Below, in pieces: positions 20,710 to 30,900 of a stretch of 64,000 nucleotides of DNA. The stretch is from contig OZ242374.1 in NCBI GenBank assembly GCA_965209055.1, positions 3,168,001-3,232,000 of the forward strand, in the 5' to 3' direction. Numbering within the stretch: the stretch's first letter is position 1; the number at the start of each line of letters is the position of its first letter. The translations under genes and the position numbers were made by a program. This DNA is from Acidobacteriota bacterium. GTDB lineage: Bacteria; Acidobacteriota; UBA6911; RPQK01; JAJDTT01. The notes beneath the pieces were generated by a model that made no database searches, was not told the DNA's origin, and was given only the letters and a program-made list of their open reading frames with translations.

Positions 20710-21795
20710 ATGACCGACACCCTCAAACTCGCAGTGATCCCCGGCGACGGAACCGGCCCCGAAGTCACCACCGAGGCCCTCAAAGTCCTGGAAGCAGTCG
20801 CCCCCCTGGAAAACGTCCGCTACGACCGGGTCGACTTCGACTACGGCGGCGACCGCTATCTCGCCACCGGCGAGATCATCACGGAAGCCCAGATCGACGA
20901 GCTGGGCCAGTTCGACGCCATCTACCTGGGCGCCATCGGACACCCGGACGTCACCCCCGGCGTGCTGGAGAAGGGGCTCCTGCTCACCGTCCGCTTCCAG
21001 CTCGACCAGTACATCAACTTCCGCCCCGTCCGCCTCTACCCCGGCGTCGACTGCCCCCTCAAGGACAAGGGACCCGAACACATCCGTTTCGACGTGGTCC
21101 GCGAAAACACCGAGGATCTCTACTGCGGCGCCGGCGGCTTCCTGCGCAAGAACACCCCCCAGGAGGTGGCCACGCAGGAGATGATCGCCACCCGGTACGG
21201 GGCCGAACGCTGCCTGCGCTGGGCCTTCAACCACTGCATCAGCCGGCAGGACCGCCTGCGCCTCACGCTGGTCCACAAGACCAACGTCCTGACCTTTGCC
21301 GCCGACCTGTGGGAACGGGCCTTCCACGAAATCGGAGAAGCTGAGTTTCCCCAGGTCAACCGCGACTACAACCACATCGACGCCGCCTGCATGTGGTTCG
21401 TCAAGAACCCCGAGTACTACGACACCATCGTGGTCCCCAACATGTTCGGGGACATCATCACCGACATTGGCGCCATGATTCAGGGAGGCCTGGGCGTGGC
21501 CGCCGGGGGCAACATCAACCCGGAGCCGGGCGGCTGCAGCATGTTCGAGTGCATGGGCGGCTCGGCGCCCAAGTACACGGGGCAGAGCGTCATCAACCCC
21601 ATCGCCGCCATCGCCGCCATGGGCATGTTGTTGAGGGTCCTGGGAGACCAGAAGGACCAGCCCAACCTGGTACGCGCCGGAAAGCGGGTGGACGCCGCCG
21701 TCGGCCGGACCACTCCCAAGATGAAGAGCATGTCCGCCGGCCGGATGGGCTACACCACCACCGAGGTCGGAGACCTGGTCGCCGAGGCCTTGTAG
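20710..21795 (+). CDS. leuB: 3-isopropylmalate dehydrogenase
   Basis: AVIPGDGTGPEV, VVRENTEDLY, HKTNV, NMFGDIITD, GGSAPK, INPIAAI. Confidence 0.88.
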   Translation: MTDTLKLAVIPGDGTGPEVTTEALKVLEAVAPLENVRYDRVDFDYGGDRYLATGEIITEAQIDELGQFDAIYLGAIGHPDVTPGVLEKGLLLTVRFQLDQYINFRPVRLYPGVDCPLKDKGPEHIRFDVVRENTEDLYCGAGGFLRKNTPQEVATQEMIATRYGAERCLRWAFNHCISRQDRLRLTLVHKTNVLTFAADLWERAFHEIGEAEFPQVNRDYNHIDAACMWFVKNPEYYDTIVVPNMFGDIITDIGAMIQGGLGVAAGGNINPEPGGCSMFECMGGSAPKYTGQSVINPIAAIAAMGMLLRVLGDQKDQPNLVRAGKRVDAAVGRTTPKMKSMSAGRMGYTTTEVGDLVAEAL

Positions 21796-21881
21796 AGAAC
21801 CGTCACCACAGGCCGATCGGGCCAAGCGGCTCGCCGCCGGCGTCCGCGGCGTCCCGAAACGCCCCCTGGAGGAACATCGTC

Positions 21882-23387
21882 ATGAGACTCAACCGTTTTC
21901 CCGCCATCCTGGGACTGGCCGCCCTCTTGTCGCTGCCCGCAGCCCTGGCCGGCGACGCCGTCGACATCGGCTCGCGCCGCGAGCTGTTCGTGGATCATCT
22001 GCTGATCGACCGGCTCGTGGGAGCGAGCCTCCGCCTGGGCACGCCGCTGCCGGGCGGGGTGGCCATCCGTTTCGACGATCCGGTGGAAGACTCCACGGCC
22101 TTCTACACCACCATCTTCAAGGACGGCGACCTCTACCGCATGTACTACCGGGGTGCGCTCTTCGAGAGGAAGACCACCTGCTACGCCGAGAGCCGCGACG
22201 GGATCCATTGGACCAAGCCCGACCTGGGACTGGTCTCCATCGACGGCTCCTCCCAAAACCACGTGATCCTGCCCGAGGCGCGCCAGTTCGTCGCCTTCCT
22301 CGACCGGCGGCCGGGCGTACCTGCCTCCGAGCGGTACAAGGGGGTCTCCCGCGGGCCCGTCAATCCCCACGCCCTGGTGGGTTTCCTCTCCGGCGACGGC
22401 ATCCGCTGGCGGAGGCTCCGGGACGAGCCCATCGTGCCCAAGGTCCTGATCAACCACTTCGACTCGCAGAACGTCGCGTTCTGGTCGGAGGCCGAAGAAC
22501 AGTACGTGGTCTACGCCCGGCACATGGAAGGAGGCCGCCGCGCCACGGCGAGGTCCACCTCCGATGACTTCATCAACTGGACTCCCCAGGTCCTCATGAC
22601 CTACGGCGACACGGGCACGACGACTCCCTCGCACCACCTCTACACGAACCAGACCCAGCCCTATTTCCGGGCGCCGCACATCTACATCTCGCTGCCGGCC
22701 CGGATCATCTTCGCCGACCCGCGGCACGTTAAGTCCGACGACGACAAGCAGTTGGCGAGCCAGCGCCAACGCATCATCTCGCCCGAGCTGCGGGACTTCG
22801 TCAAGGAGAACATGCCCCTGATGGGCACCGCGGGGACGGGGGACCACTCCGACGCCGTCCTGCTCACCACGCGGGCGGGCACCACGGTCTACGACTTCAC
22901 CTTCCGGGAGAGCTTCGTGCGGCCCGGAATCGGCGTCAACAACTGGACGACCCGGACCAACTACCCGGCCTGCGGCATCGTCCCCACCGGCGACGGCGAG
23001 ATGTCCTTCTACATGCAGCGGAACTACGGGCAGAAGGGCGCGGCGTACCTGGAACGGATGACCCTGCGCCTGGACGGCTTCGCCAGCCTGAACGCGCCGT
23101 ACGACGGGGGCGAGATGCTCACCAAGCCGTTGCGCTTCAAGGGAAGCCGGCTGGAGATCAACTACGCCACCAGCGCGGCCGGGAGCGTCCGGATCGAAAT
23201 GCAGGACCCCGAGGGCCAGCCGATTCCCGGGTTCACGCTTGAGGATTGTCCCGAGATCATCGGCGACGAGATCCACCGGATCGTCGCCTGGAAGGGAGGC
23301 TCCGACGTGAGCTCCCTCTCCGGCAAGGCGGTGCGGATGCGCGTGGTCCTGAAGGACGCCGACCTCTACTCCATCCGCTTCCACTGA
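21882..23387 (+). CDS. Secreted beta-propeller glycoside-hydrolase-like protein (gene A)
   Basis: Signal peptide; IGSRRELFVD, YAESRDGIHWTKP, FDSQN, LRLDGFAS, DADLYSIRF. Confidence 0.7.
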   Translation: MRLNRFPAILGLAALLSLPAALAGDAVDIGSRRELFVDHLLIDRLVGASLRLGTPLPGGVAIRFDDPVEDSTAFYTTIFKDGDLYRMYYRGALFERKTTCYAESRDGIHWTKPDLGLVSIDGSSQNHVILPEARQFVAFLDRRPGVPASERYKGVSRGPVNPHALVGFLSGDGIRWRRLRDEPIVPKVLINHFDSQNVAFWSEAEEQYVVYARHMEGGRRATARSTSDDFINWTPQVLMTYGDTGTTTPSHHLYTNQTQPYFRAPHIYISLPARIIFADPRHVKSDDDKQLASQRQRIISPELRDFVKENMPLMGTAGTGDHSDAVLLTTRAGTTVYDFTFRESFVRPGIGVNNWTTRTNYPACGIVPTGDGEMSFYMQRNYGQKGAAYLERMTLRLDGFASLNAPYDGGEMLTKPLRFKGSRLEINYATSAAGSVRIEMQDPEGQPIPGFTLEDCPEIIGDEIHRIVAWKGGSDVSSLSGKAVRMRVVLKDADLYSIRFH

Positions 23388-23406
23388 CGCGGTGAAGGCG
23401 CCCGAC

Positions 23407-25074
23407 ATGAAGAGACACGGTTTCCTCCTGGCGCTCCTGTTGGTTGCCGTCTCCTGCGGCAGCCCGTCCCAGACCCCGGACATCGCCTCGAAAGGCGGTC
23501 CGAAGAAGGAGCGGAGGATCCTCTACTACGACTCCGCCGCCATCCAGTCGCACAGCTACCTGGACCGGGGGAAGGTGGAGCCGTACATGAGCCTCATCTA
23601 CGACATCAAGACCCACGACGACTTCCTGGACGCCAGCGTGCGCATGGTCAAGGGAACCCAGGTGGACACCTACCTGTGGCACATCGGGAACGGGGCCGAG
23701 CCGCCGTGGAACATTCCCACGGATCTGCTCTGGGACTGTTTCGATTCCTACGAGCAGGTGAACGACATCGTGATCCGGGCCTGCCATGAACAGGGGTTGG
23801 AGGTCTGGGGGTCTCTGCGCATGAGCGATCTTCACGCGGCCTTCCGGTCCCGGACCCTGGAGGAACTGGACGACGTCTACAAGGCGCAGCACCCCGAGCT
23901 GCTGATGGCGCCGATGACGGACCGCCAGCTCCCTTCCGAGCTGACGGAGCAGCGCCTCTGGGTGTCGTTCGACTACACCCATCCGGAGGTCCGCCAGCAT
24001 CGTCTCGACTACATCGCCAGGACCGCCGCGAGACACGATTTCGACGGCTACGAGCTGGACTTCAACCGCATGGGGATCCACTTCCCCATGGGGCAGGGAC
24101 GGCAAAAGGCCCACCTGATGACCGACATGATGCGGCAGATCCGGGAGCGGCTGAACGCCATCGGAGAGGAGCGGGGTCGGCCCTACACCCTGGCGGTCCA
24201 CGTGGTGGATTCCCTGGAGACCAACCTGGAGATCGGTCTGGACGTGGGGGCCTGGGCCCGGGAGGGGCTGGTGGACGTGCTGCTGGTGGGACTTGGATAC
24301 ATGCCCGACCAGTTGGCCATCGGGCAATGGGTGCGCCTGGCCGGGGAGACGGGGGTGCAGGTCTATCCGTCCATCAATCCCAACACCATGCGGGCGGGGG
24401 CCTGGGAGACGTTGCGGGAAAAACCCTCATTCCGCCAGGGAATGCGGGCCTACGCCGACTACTACCTGGACCAGGGCGCCGACGGGATCTACCTGTTCAA
24501 CTTCAGGCACGAGCCGACTCAGCGGCTGACCATGGAGGAGTTCACTGGGGTGCTGAGCGAGTTGGGAGCGCCCGAGACCATGGCCGGCAAGGACAAGGTC
24601 TACGCCCTCAATCCGACGGCGCATAGCGGGGGGCCGTTCTATCACGGCTCGGAGCCGGCGTTGTTGCCCATCGTGCTGGACCGGGTGGAGCGGAAGCTGC
24701 GGCTCCATCTGGGGCCCGCTGTGGAAGACGAGAAGGCCAGCCTGCGGCTGAGCGTCTTCACGGCCAAGGCCGGAAAGGGGACCATTCTCTGGGCGCGTCT
24801 GAATCACACGCTGCTGCCCGAGGCCGAGAGGGAAGGGGACTGGTTCCACTTCCAGGTTCCCACGGGCGTAGCGCGTAGCGGCATGAACGAGGTGGGCCTG
24901 ATCTCGAACGTTCCCGCCGCCGGCCCGTTTGCGGGCCTGATCGGTCCGCCCAATGCTGATCCTGCCGAGTTCCTGAAGCAGGCCTTCGGCCGCGTCAAGA
25001 ACGTCATCCAACGCGAGCAGGACCCAGTCGTGGTCCACCAGATCTTTTTGGAGATCAGCTATCCTGGGAAGTAG
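23407..25074 (+). CDS. Lipoprotein, GHL10-like TIM-barrel protein (gene B)
   Basis: Lipobox VAVSC; SLRMSD, FDYTHPEVR, FDGYELDF, GADGIYLFN. Confidence 0.7.
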   Translation: MKRHGFLLALLLVAVSCGSPSQTPDIASKGGPKKERRILYYDSAAIQSHSYLDRGKVEPYMSLIYDIKTHDDFLDASVRMVKGTQVDTYLWHIGNGAEPPWNIPTDLLWDCFDSYEQVNDIVIRACHEQGLEVWGSLRMSDLHAAFRSRTLEELDDVYKAQHPELLMAPMTDRQLPSELTEQRLWVSFDYTHPEVRQHRLDYIARTAARHDFDGYELDFNRMGIHFPMGQGRQKAHLMTDMMRQIRERLNAIGEERGRPYTLAVHVVDSLETNLEIGLDVGAWAREGLVDVLLVGLGYMPDQLAIGQWVRLAGETGVQVYPSINPNTMRAGAWETLREKPSFRQGMRAYADYYLDQGADGIYLFNFRHEPTQRLTMEEFTGVLSELGAPETMAGKDKVYALNPTAHSGGPFYHGSEPALLPIVLDRVERKLRLHLGPAVEDEKASLRLSVFTAKAGKGTILWARLNHTLLPEAEREGDWFHFQVPTGVARSGMNEVGLISNVPAAGPFAGLIGPPNADPAEFLKQAFGRVKNVIQREQDPVVVHQIFLEISYPGK

Positions 25075-25239
25075 TCACTCCTCGTCAATCGGTCCTTTTT
25101 CCACGGGCTGGTAGATTGGAGGCTCCCGACCGTCCTCTCACCGAATCTCTCCGCTACCTACCAAGCCCTGATCCAAACCCTGTATTTGGGTCATCCCAAG
25201 ATGTGTTCGTACCCCACCCAAGAAAATGACCCGAAAACC

Positions 25240-25269
25240 TTGACTTGGCCCAAACGAATCTGTTCTAAT
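25240..25269 (+). promoter_or_regulatory. Putative sigma70 promoter
   Basis: TTGACT-18 bp-TCTAAT with extended -10 TG, upstream of 25441. Confidence 0.4.
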
Positions 25270-25440
25270 GTCCAATTATAGGGGGCTGGAGAGGGGTAGG
25301 ACCTCTCCAGCCTTGAGGTGTCAGGAGTAACGTCACGTTGTGGGTGGCACTCCTGCCCAAAATGGGAGCGGTCCCCATTCGTACGGGGAACCGCTCCCAG
25401 CCTACAATATTCGCTGTGCTTACTTCAACAGGGGGAATCT

Positions 25441-26088
25441 ATGTCTGGAAACGTGCTGCAACGGGCACAGGAACGAAAGTCAGAAATCGAGAAGGAACAG
25501 GTGTCCCTGAAAAACAAGATCGTTGCGCTGAATAATGAACTGGAACACCTAAACTACTTTTTCAACTCCCTTGCTCCATACGCAACCCAAGGAAACGAAC
25601 CGGCACCGAAAATAACTGTGGTGACGGGAACGGTCCAGATCCTGAAACGGGAACAAGGTTACCTCAATGCCCGTCAAGTAACGGACTTCCTGATCGAATT
25701 GGGATATGAAACCTCCGCCAAGTCTCCGATAGAAAGCATCCGAGCCATCCTTTCTGGAGAAGCTAAGAGGGAAACGAACCCAAGAATCATTCGTAAGGAT
25801 ACGTATTACGGACTTCCCGGATGGCTTGATGACCCGTCAATCAAAGTGAGACGATACTCACTTGGCAAAACGGGAATTACTGTAGACGAAGGCGCCAAGT
25901 ACCACGGTTCGATACAACGGGTGGCTGTTTCTCGGATACCCCAGGAAAAGGGGTATCTGAAACTGCGGTTCTGGTTTCACCCGCCTCTACCGTGGCCCCA
26001 CGCTGGGCCGTCTCAAGAGATTATGTTTATGATGCACGAATCTTCGGCAGGCGAATTTGTGCAGCGGCTGAAGACGGCCCTCGACTGA
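25441..26088 (+). CDS. Hypothetical protein, coiled-coil plus winged-helix-like region
   Basis: RBS ggggga, lower GC; ILKREQGYLNARQVTDFLIELGY...IRAILS...YYGLPGW resembles wHTH. Confidence 0.6.
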   Translation: MSGNVLQRAQERKSEIEKEQVSLKNKIVALNNELEHLNYFFNSLAPYATQGNEPAPKITVVTGTVQILKREQGYLNARQVTDFLIELGYETSAKSPIESIRAILSGEAKRETNPRIIRKDTYYGLPGWLDDPSIKVRRYSLGKTGITVDEGAKYHGSIQRVAVSRIPQEKGYLKLRFWFHPPLPWPHAGPSQEIMFMMHESSAGEFVQRLKTALD

Positions 26089-26186
26089 GTTAGGACATTG
26101 GAGACGGAGAATGGACTATATCAACGACTACAGTAAGGCACTTACCGTTTGACCCAACCCCAGCAAGCAGCCATGCGGAAACTCGC

Positions 26187-26213
26187 GGGAGAAGTGGACG
26201 GTCACCATCACTC
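26187..26213. repeat. Junction palindrome copy
   Basis: gggagaagtggacggtcaccatcactc abutting the higA pseudogene. Confidence 0.6.
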
Positions 26214-26480
26214 AGCAACATGTTGAGCCGCGGCTATCAGTCGGTTCCTGTGCCCAACCACCCTGCGGAAGTCGAACTCGACTTGGAATGCCATGCCAGA
26301 AATCCTCCGACTGGCCGAAGAAGGCGCCAAAACGAATCGACATGGGCGGAGTGATCGACCGCCGGCCAAGGACGATTTCGTTGATCGCCCTCGGGGAGAC
26401 ACCGATGGCACGGGCCATGGCATTCTGTCAAATCCCCATCGGCTTGAGGTCTTCCTCCGCCTATTCCACCTTGTAACCCA
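26212..26480 (-). pseudogene. higA: HigA antitoxin pseudogene (copy 1)
   Basis: Aligns to 27494-27838 but frameshifted and truncated at both ends. Confidence 0.8.
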
Positions 26481-26532
26481 ACCGGGTCCACCCATTCTCC
26501 AGTTTCGCTTACGAAATCAGTTTCAATCGGTA

Positions 26533-26662
26533 TTTCTACAAGCCGGAGCCGATGCGGTCCCTGGGAGAGATTCGGGCCGATTTTCTGGCGTTGGAGAAAG
26601 AGACAGAAGGTTGGCTGGCGCAGATGCTGGGTGCCAGCGAAATACCGGAGTCGAGATCATGA
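26533..26662 (+). pseudogene. 3' fragment of hsdM (copy of ~44770-44899)
   Basis: ttctacaagccggagccgatgcggtccctgggagagattcgggccgat is shared with ~44771. Confidence 0.85.
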
Positions 26663-26871
26663 CCGAAATCATCTTTGAAGTCACCGAGGACGAGGTGGAT
26701 GGCGGGTATTCGGCCAGCGCATTGGGCTACGGCATACACACCCAGGGCAACTCGCTCGAAGAAGTTCGCCGCAACGTCAAGGAAGCGGTGGATTGCTACT
26801 TCGACGACACCATGCCGAGACCGAAGCTGATTCGCCTTCACTTCGTGCGAGACAAGATCCTCATGGCATGA
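26659..26871 (+). CDS. HicB-like (UPF0150) antitoxin, copy of 44896-45108
   Basis: MTEIIFEVTEDEVDGGYSASALGYGIHTQG..LEEVRRNVKEAVDCYF; followed by only about 5 codons of hicA (MKLPR). Confidence 0.8.
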   Translation: MTEIIFEVTEDEVDGGYSASALGYGIHTQGNSLEEVRRNVKEAVDCYFDDTMPRPKLIRLHFVRDKILMA

Positions 26872-26894
26872 AATTGCCCCGTCGTGGAGAGGGA

Positions 26895-26923
26895 GGGAGA
26901 AGGGGACAGTCACCCTTTCTCTC
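26895..26923. repeat. Junction palindrome copy (near consensus)
   Basis: gggagaaggggacagtcaccctttctctc, right arm partly repeated immediately after. Confidence 0.8.
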
Positions 26924-26993
26924 GGTCACCTTCTCTCGCGCGGTTGCAGTTCTCATCAGTGCTGAGATGAGGACAAGGGAACTGAGTTTCGTT

Positions 26994-27263
26994 CTAGCCC
27001 CCTCGTTCCAATTCTGTCTTATCGCGATCGGTACAGGGATCTTTATTAAGCGAATGCTGTGCTTCGTTCCAGTAGATCAGGGCTGCATGAGCCTCCTTCA
27101 ACACCTTCCGGAACCATGACGTGATGATGACCAAGAGGATGAAGGCTCCAATCATGAAGACGACCTGTGCCCCCCCGATAATGACCATCATCTGATCCAT
27201 CACTTCCGACATCTCGGCCAGGGTCTTCTCATCTATTTCTACCTTGTTGGGATGGGGATGCAT
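26994..27263 (-). CDS. Small hypothetical membrane protein
   Basis: RBS gagg, one long hydrophobic segment; no recognisable family. Confidence 0.45.
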   Translation of the reverse strand: MHPHPNKVEIDEKTLAEMSEVMDQMMVIIGGAQVVFMIGAFILLVIITSWFRKVLKEAHAALIYWNEAQHSLNKDPCTDRDKTELERGG

Positions 27264-27381
27264 TGATCGTCTCCTCTCTACGGTTCGGGAGCCAGCCAGT
27301 CCAGAATGATTCCCCGCGCTGATTCCTGCTGTCGTGGGGTGTGTCCTCCGGAAATTCCTAATTCATCGCGTCTGGGAGAGT

Positions 27382-27406
27382 GAAGGGGGCAGGCACCGTC
27401 TCTCTC
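27382..27406. repeat. Junction palindrome copy
   Basis: gaagggggcaggcaccgtctctctc. Confidence 0.55.
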
Positions 27407-27493
27407 GCGACCGGCGCGCGGGATGGGCACAGATCGCAACATCAGTGAGTTGGGGGCAAGTCTTGTAGCAGCGATCCCTATGGCGGCCCTTCG

Positions 27494-27838
27494 TTACCGT
27501 TGACCAGAATTTGGCAAGGGTCGAGCGCCCTGGCGGTCCTTGTTCCGGGCTGCGACCGCCGTAGCAGGTTGAATGCCGGCAATCAGTCGGTTCCTGTCCC
27601 CCGCCAGCTTGCGGAAGTCGCACTCGACTTGGATCCCATGCCAGAATTTGTCCGACTGACCGAAGAAGGCGCCAAAACGAATCGACATGGGCGGAGTGAT
27701 CGACCGTCGACCAAGGACGATTTCATTAATCGCCCTCGGGGAGACACCAATGGCGCGGGCCATTGCATTCTGCGAAATTCCCATGGGCTTGAGGTATTCC
27801 TCAAGCAAAATCTCTCCAGGCGCGATCGGCTCTTTCAT
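27494..27838 (-). CDS. higA: HigA family antitoxin (copy 2, intact)
   Basis: [42 protein letters not shown]. Confidence 0.9.
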   Translation of the reverse strand: MKEPIAPGEILLEEYLKPMGISQNAMARAIGVSPRAINEIVLGRRSITPPMSIRFGAFFGQSDKFWHGIQVECDFRKLAGDRNRLIAGIQPATAVAARNKDRQGARPLPNSGQR

Positions 27839-27844
27839 TCCTCA

Positions 27845-27866
27845 TATCCTATAACGTTATAGGATA
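27845..27866. promoter_or_regulatory. Perfect 22-bp palindrome, putative HigA operator
   Basis: TATCCTATAACGTTATAGGATA just upstream of higA; 16-bp core conserved at 34266-34281. Confidence 0.6.
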
Positions 27867-27870
27867 GTTG

Positions 27871-27937
27871 TTCAATGTGAATCTACGATAGCCTTCGATC
27901 GCCACCTGTTCTGGCCCTGCATCGGTCCACCTGAACC
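27871..27937 (-). pseudogene. higB: 3' remnant of higB toxin
   Basis: Aligns to the last ~20 codons of higB at 34289. Confidence 0.7.
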
Positions 27938-27945
27938 CGGATTAT

Positions 27946-30900
27946 TCACGATTGGGATTCACACAGCTCTTGTTCGGTCCGAACACGGGCATCGGACCGC
28001 CTCAATCCGATCCTCGTCTGAACCTGCTTCCCCTGTTCTCGTGACGCTACGAAAAGTGGGGGAAGTCCTGATCCTTCGATCACTGCTTCCTCCAGATGGC
28101 TCGTGATGAACTCCTTCATGAGACCGTCTCCCCAGCCAGCACTTCCCAGAGGCGCTTGTATCCGTCCCCTGAGAGAGCAGCGCTGTCCGGGCGGGCGTGG
28201 TGCACTGAGGTTCTTCAGGAACTCACGCGCTTGGACAACGGAGTACCGGCCATCATTCTCGCCGACTGTCTCGCGGTACAGCTTGCCAAGATTCTCTGCG
28301 ACGCTGCGAGGCGCGGCATTCATACGCATCAGAACCGCGTCTTCCGTCCGGACGCCGTGGTAGATCATTGCCGGAAGCGCATTGATCCTGTGGACCTCGG
28401 CTTCGGACAGCCTATCGAAGTCGAGATCGGAAACGTGGCTCAATGCGGCAATGCCCCAAGTTCCGCAATTGACAATAGTCCGGTAGATCGCTCGGCAGGC
28501 ATCCGTGATTGCCCGGGTTCCACCCTCGTCGTCATCTTCCCGGCTGAAATACTCCTGGGCGATGGCGTCAATTGCCTTGCCGTTTACCCAATCGCGTGTG
28601 ATTTCGGAAATGCGCATTTGGCCACGACCGTCGCCGTGAATCTCTTCGAGTTGCCGCTTCAGTTGCGGCACGTTCAACATCACTCCGTACAAGTCGGCGA
28701 TCCTGCCGCCCTCGCCGAAAAGGCTCTCCGGAGCCCAATCCGAGGGCGTGAGCCGAGTCTCGAGATTGCGCAGTTCCATCATCGCTCTTGAAACGCCTTC
28801 CGGGGAGAATCCCGTCGAGTCCGCAAGCTCGGCGACGCCGCCGGGCATGTCGGCAAGCCTGCGGGCATAGGCGCGCGTCGCGTCCAGCAACGCGTCGGCC
28901 TTATGCCGTTGCGAAGGGTCGTTTCGCAGCGACGTATACCCGAAGGTCTGCCGAAGAAGTTGTTCGGAGTCCGACAGCACGGCGTCCAAGTTCTTCTTTT
29001 CCGCCCACAGATGGGCAACATAGCAGCGGAAGTCCTCCCATTGATCCTGCCACAGCACGTCGGAGAGGCTTGCCAGTTCGCCTTGTGCGGCAAGTTCGTT
29101 CAATTGCGACACCAGACGGGAGACAAGCGCGCCCGTGCTGCGGCTCACGAACTCGACGACGGAATTCGGGTCAGAACCCTCCGCAAGGCCGATTACACCC
29201 ACGCTGTCATGGCCAATCCGGCCCGCGCGACCGGCAAGATTCCAGAATTCGCGCGGCGACATTTCCACTCCATAGGGATACTTGTGCGATTGCAGAAAAA
29301 CGGAGGCAACCGGGAAGTTGATGCCCTGCGCGATGGTGGTGGTCGCACATAGGATCCTAAGGGTTCCCGTCTCGGCGAGCCATTCCATCAGGGCCCGCGC
29401 ATCGTCGGACAAGCCGGCATGATGGACGCCCACCCCCTTCTCCAGGGTCGCGACAAGCTGGAAGGTCGAGCCGACCTCGGTGCGCAGGAAGTCCTGAACA
29501 TGCCGGATAGCCTGCGGCACCGGTTCGAGATCCGGCAGGCTTTGCGCGGCCTCTGCCGCCATTTTCCACACATTGGGAATGTTGTTTGCGACAGCGATAC
29601 TTGTGCCGCGGGCAGACATGACTGTCGCCATTGCCGCCGTCTGGAGACCCAAGCCGTTTTGTCGACCACTGGTGATGACGCGGCTTTTGGGAACGTTGAC
29701 GGGCCTCACCCCGCCAACGCGGTGAGTGCCACCAAGCGCCATGGCCTTTGGAGTCGCGGTCAAGGTCTCGAAACGGAGATGCCAGCCGGCGCGCTGGCTG
29801 TCGTCTGGAGAAGCCCCATAGAGCCCGACGATCCGTTCGTTGGGTTTCCAAGGGACGGTGCCGAGGCTGATGGACCGGCCCGCACTGACATCCTGCGCCA
29901 GCCACCGTGCAACCGATTCGGCACCCTCGACATAGGGCATGAGAAGCAGGAAGTTGGCCCGCGGACAATCCAATTTCACCGTGGCGAGCAACAGCTCGAT
30001 TCGCAGTCCCCGGTCTTTGGTTTCAAGGTTATGGGCCTCATCCATGACCACGAGGGCCAGCGGTCGCTGCTCAACCTTCTTGTTGCGGATCAGGAGGGAC
30101 AATTTCTCGGGTGTGGCCACGAGAATGTGGAAGGGCTGATGCGTTCCCGTCAGCAACTCTTCCTCGAAGGCATCCACCTCGACCGCCGCTGTTAGTTGTT
30201 CGACCCGTAGGCCAATGGGATCGAAGTCCGTTCTCAGCCCCCGGGTGATCTGTGCGCACAGGGCCCGCGTCGGCGCCACATAGGCAACCCAGCCCTTGTC
30301 AGCGTCGAACTGGTTCAGCGCCTGCAGGATGCGGAACTGCGCAAGCAGTGTTTTCCCGCCCGAGGTCGGCAAGTCGATCACGATCGCGGTCTTGGCCTGA
30401 TCGAGGAGTCCCTGTTCCAAGAGCGCCGCGCGCTGCGGCGGAAGAAGTTCGAACGTCGCCCGATGTTCGCGATGGGTGAGGGAGCGGACAAAGTGCGTCG
30501 TCCGTGAATTGACGGCGCGGGTTGCCCACCACAGGGAGTTGGTGACCATAATCCGCGCGGTTGCATGCATCCAGCGGAGGATCAATTCATGCTGCGCATC
30601 GCCTGACGCCTTCGCCGCTCGGATGGCGCCGTCATAGTGCTTGTCGAGCGAGCCAAACGGGTTGGCCGGCTGCCCTTGCAGCATGTAACTGGCCAGGATC
30701 TCCGTACCTCTTGCCCAGTGATAAAGTGCCGCGAGCCGCAGGGCGATTGCCCTGTCCTCTGCGGCCGAGCCGTTCTGGAGACGACCCTTCTCAAAGCGCT
30801 TTTGATCCTCACGCAGTCCGGCGATGATCTCCCTGATCCGGTCAAGATCGTCCCACCCGCGCTTGCGAAACAATCGGACCCAGCAGTGAAAAAGTCGATA

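Noticed and set aside
25093-25113. ttttccacgggctggtag resembling an IS terminal repeat
   Set aside because: Too short, and no matching partner end or transposase adjacent.
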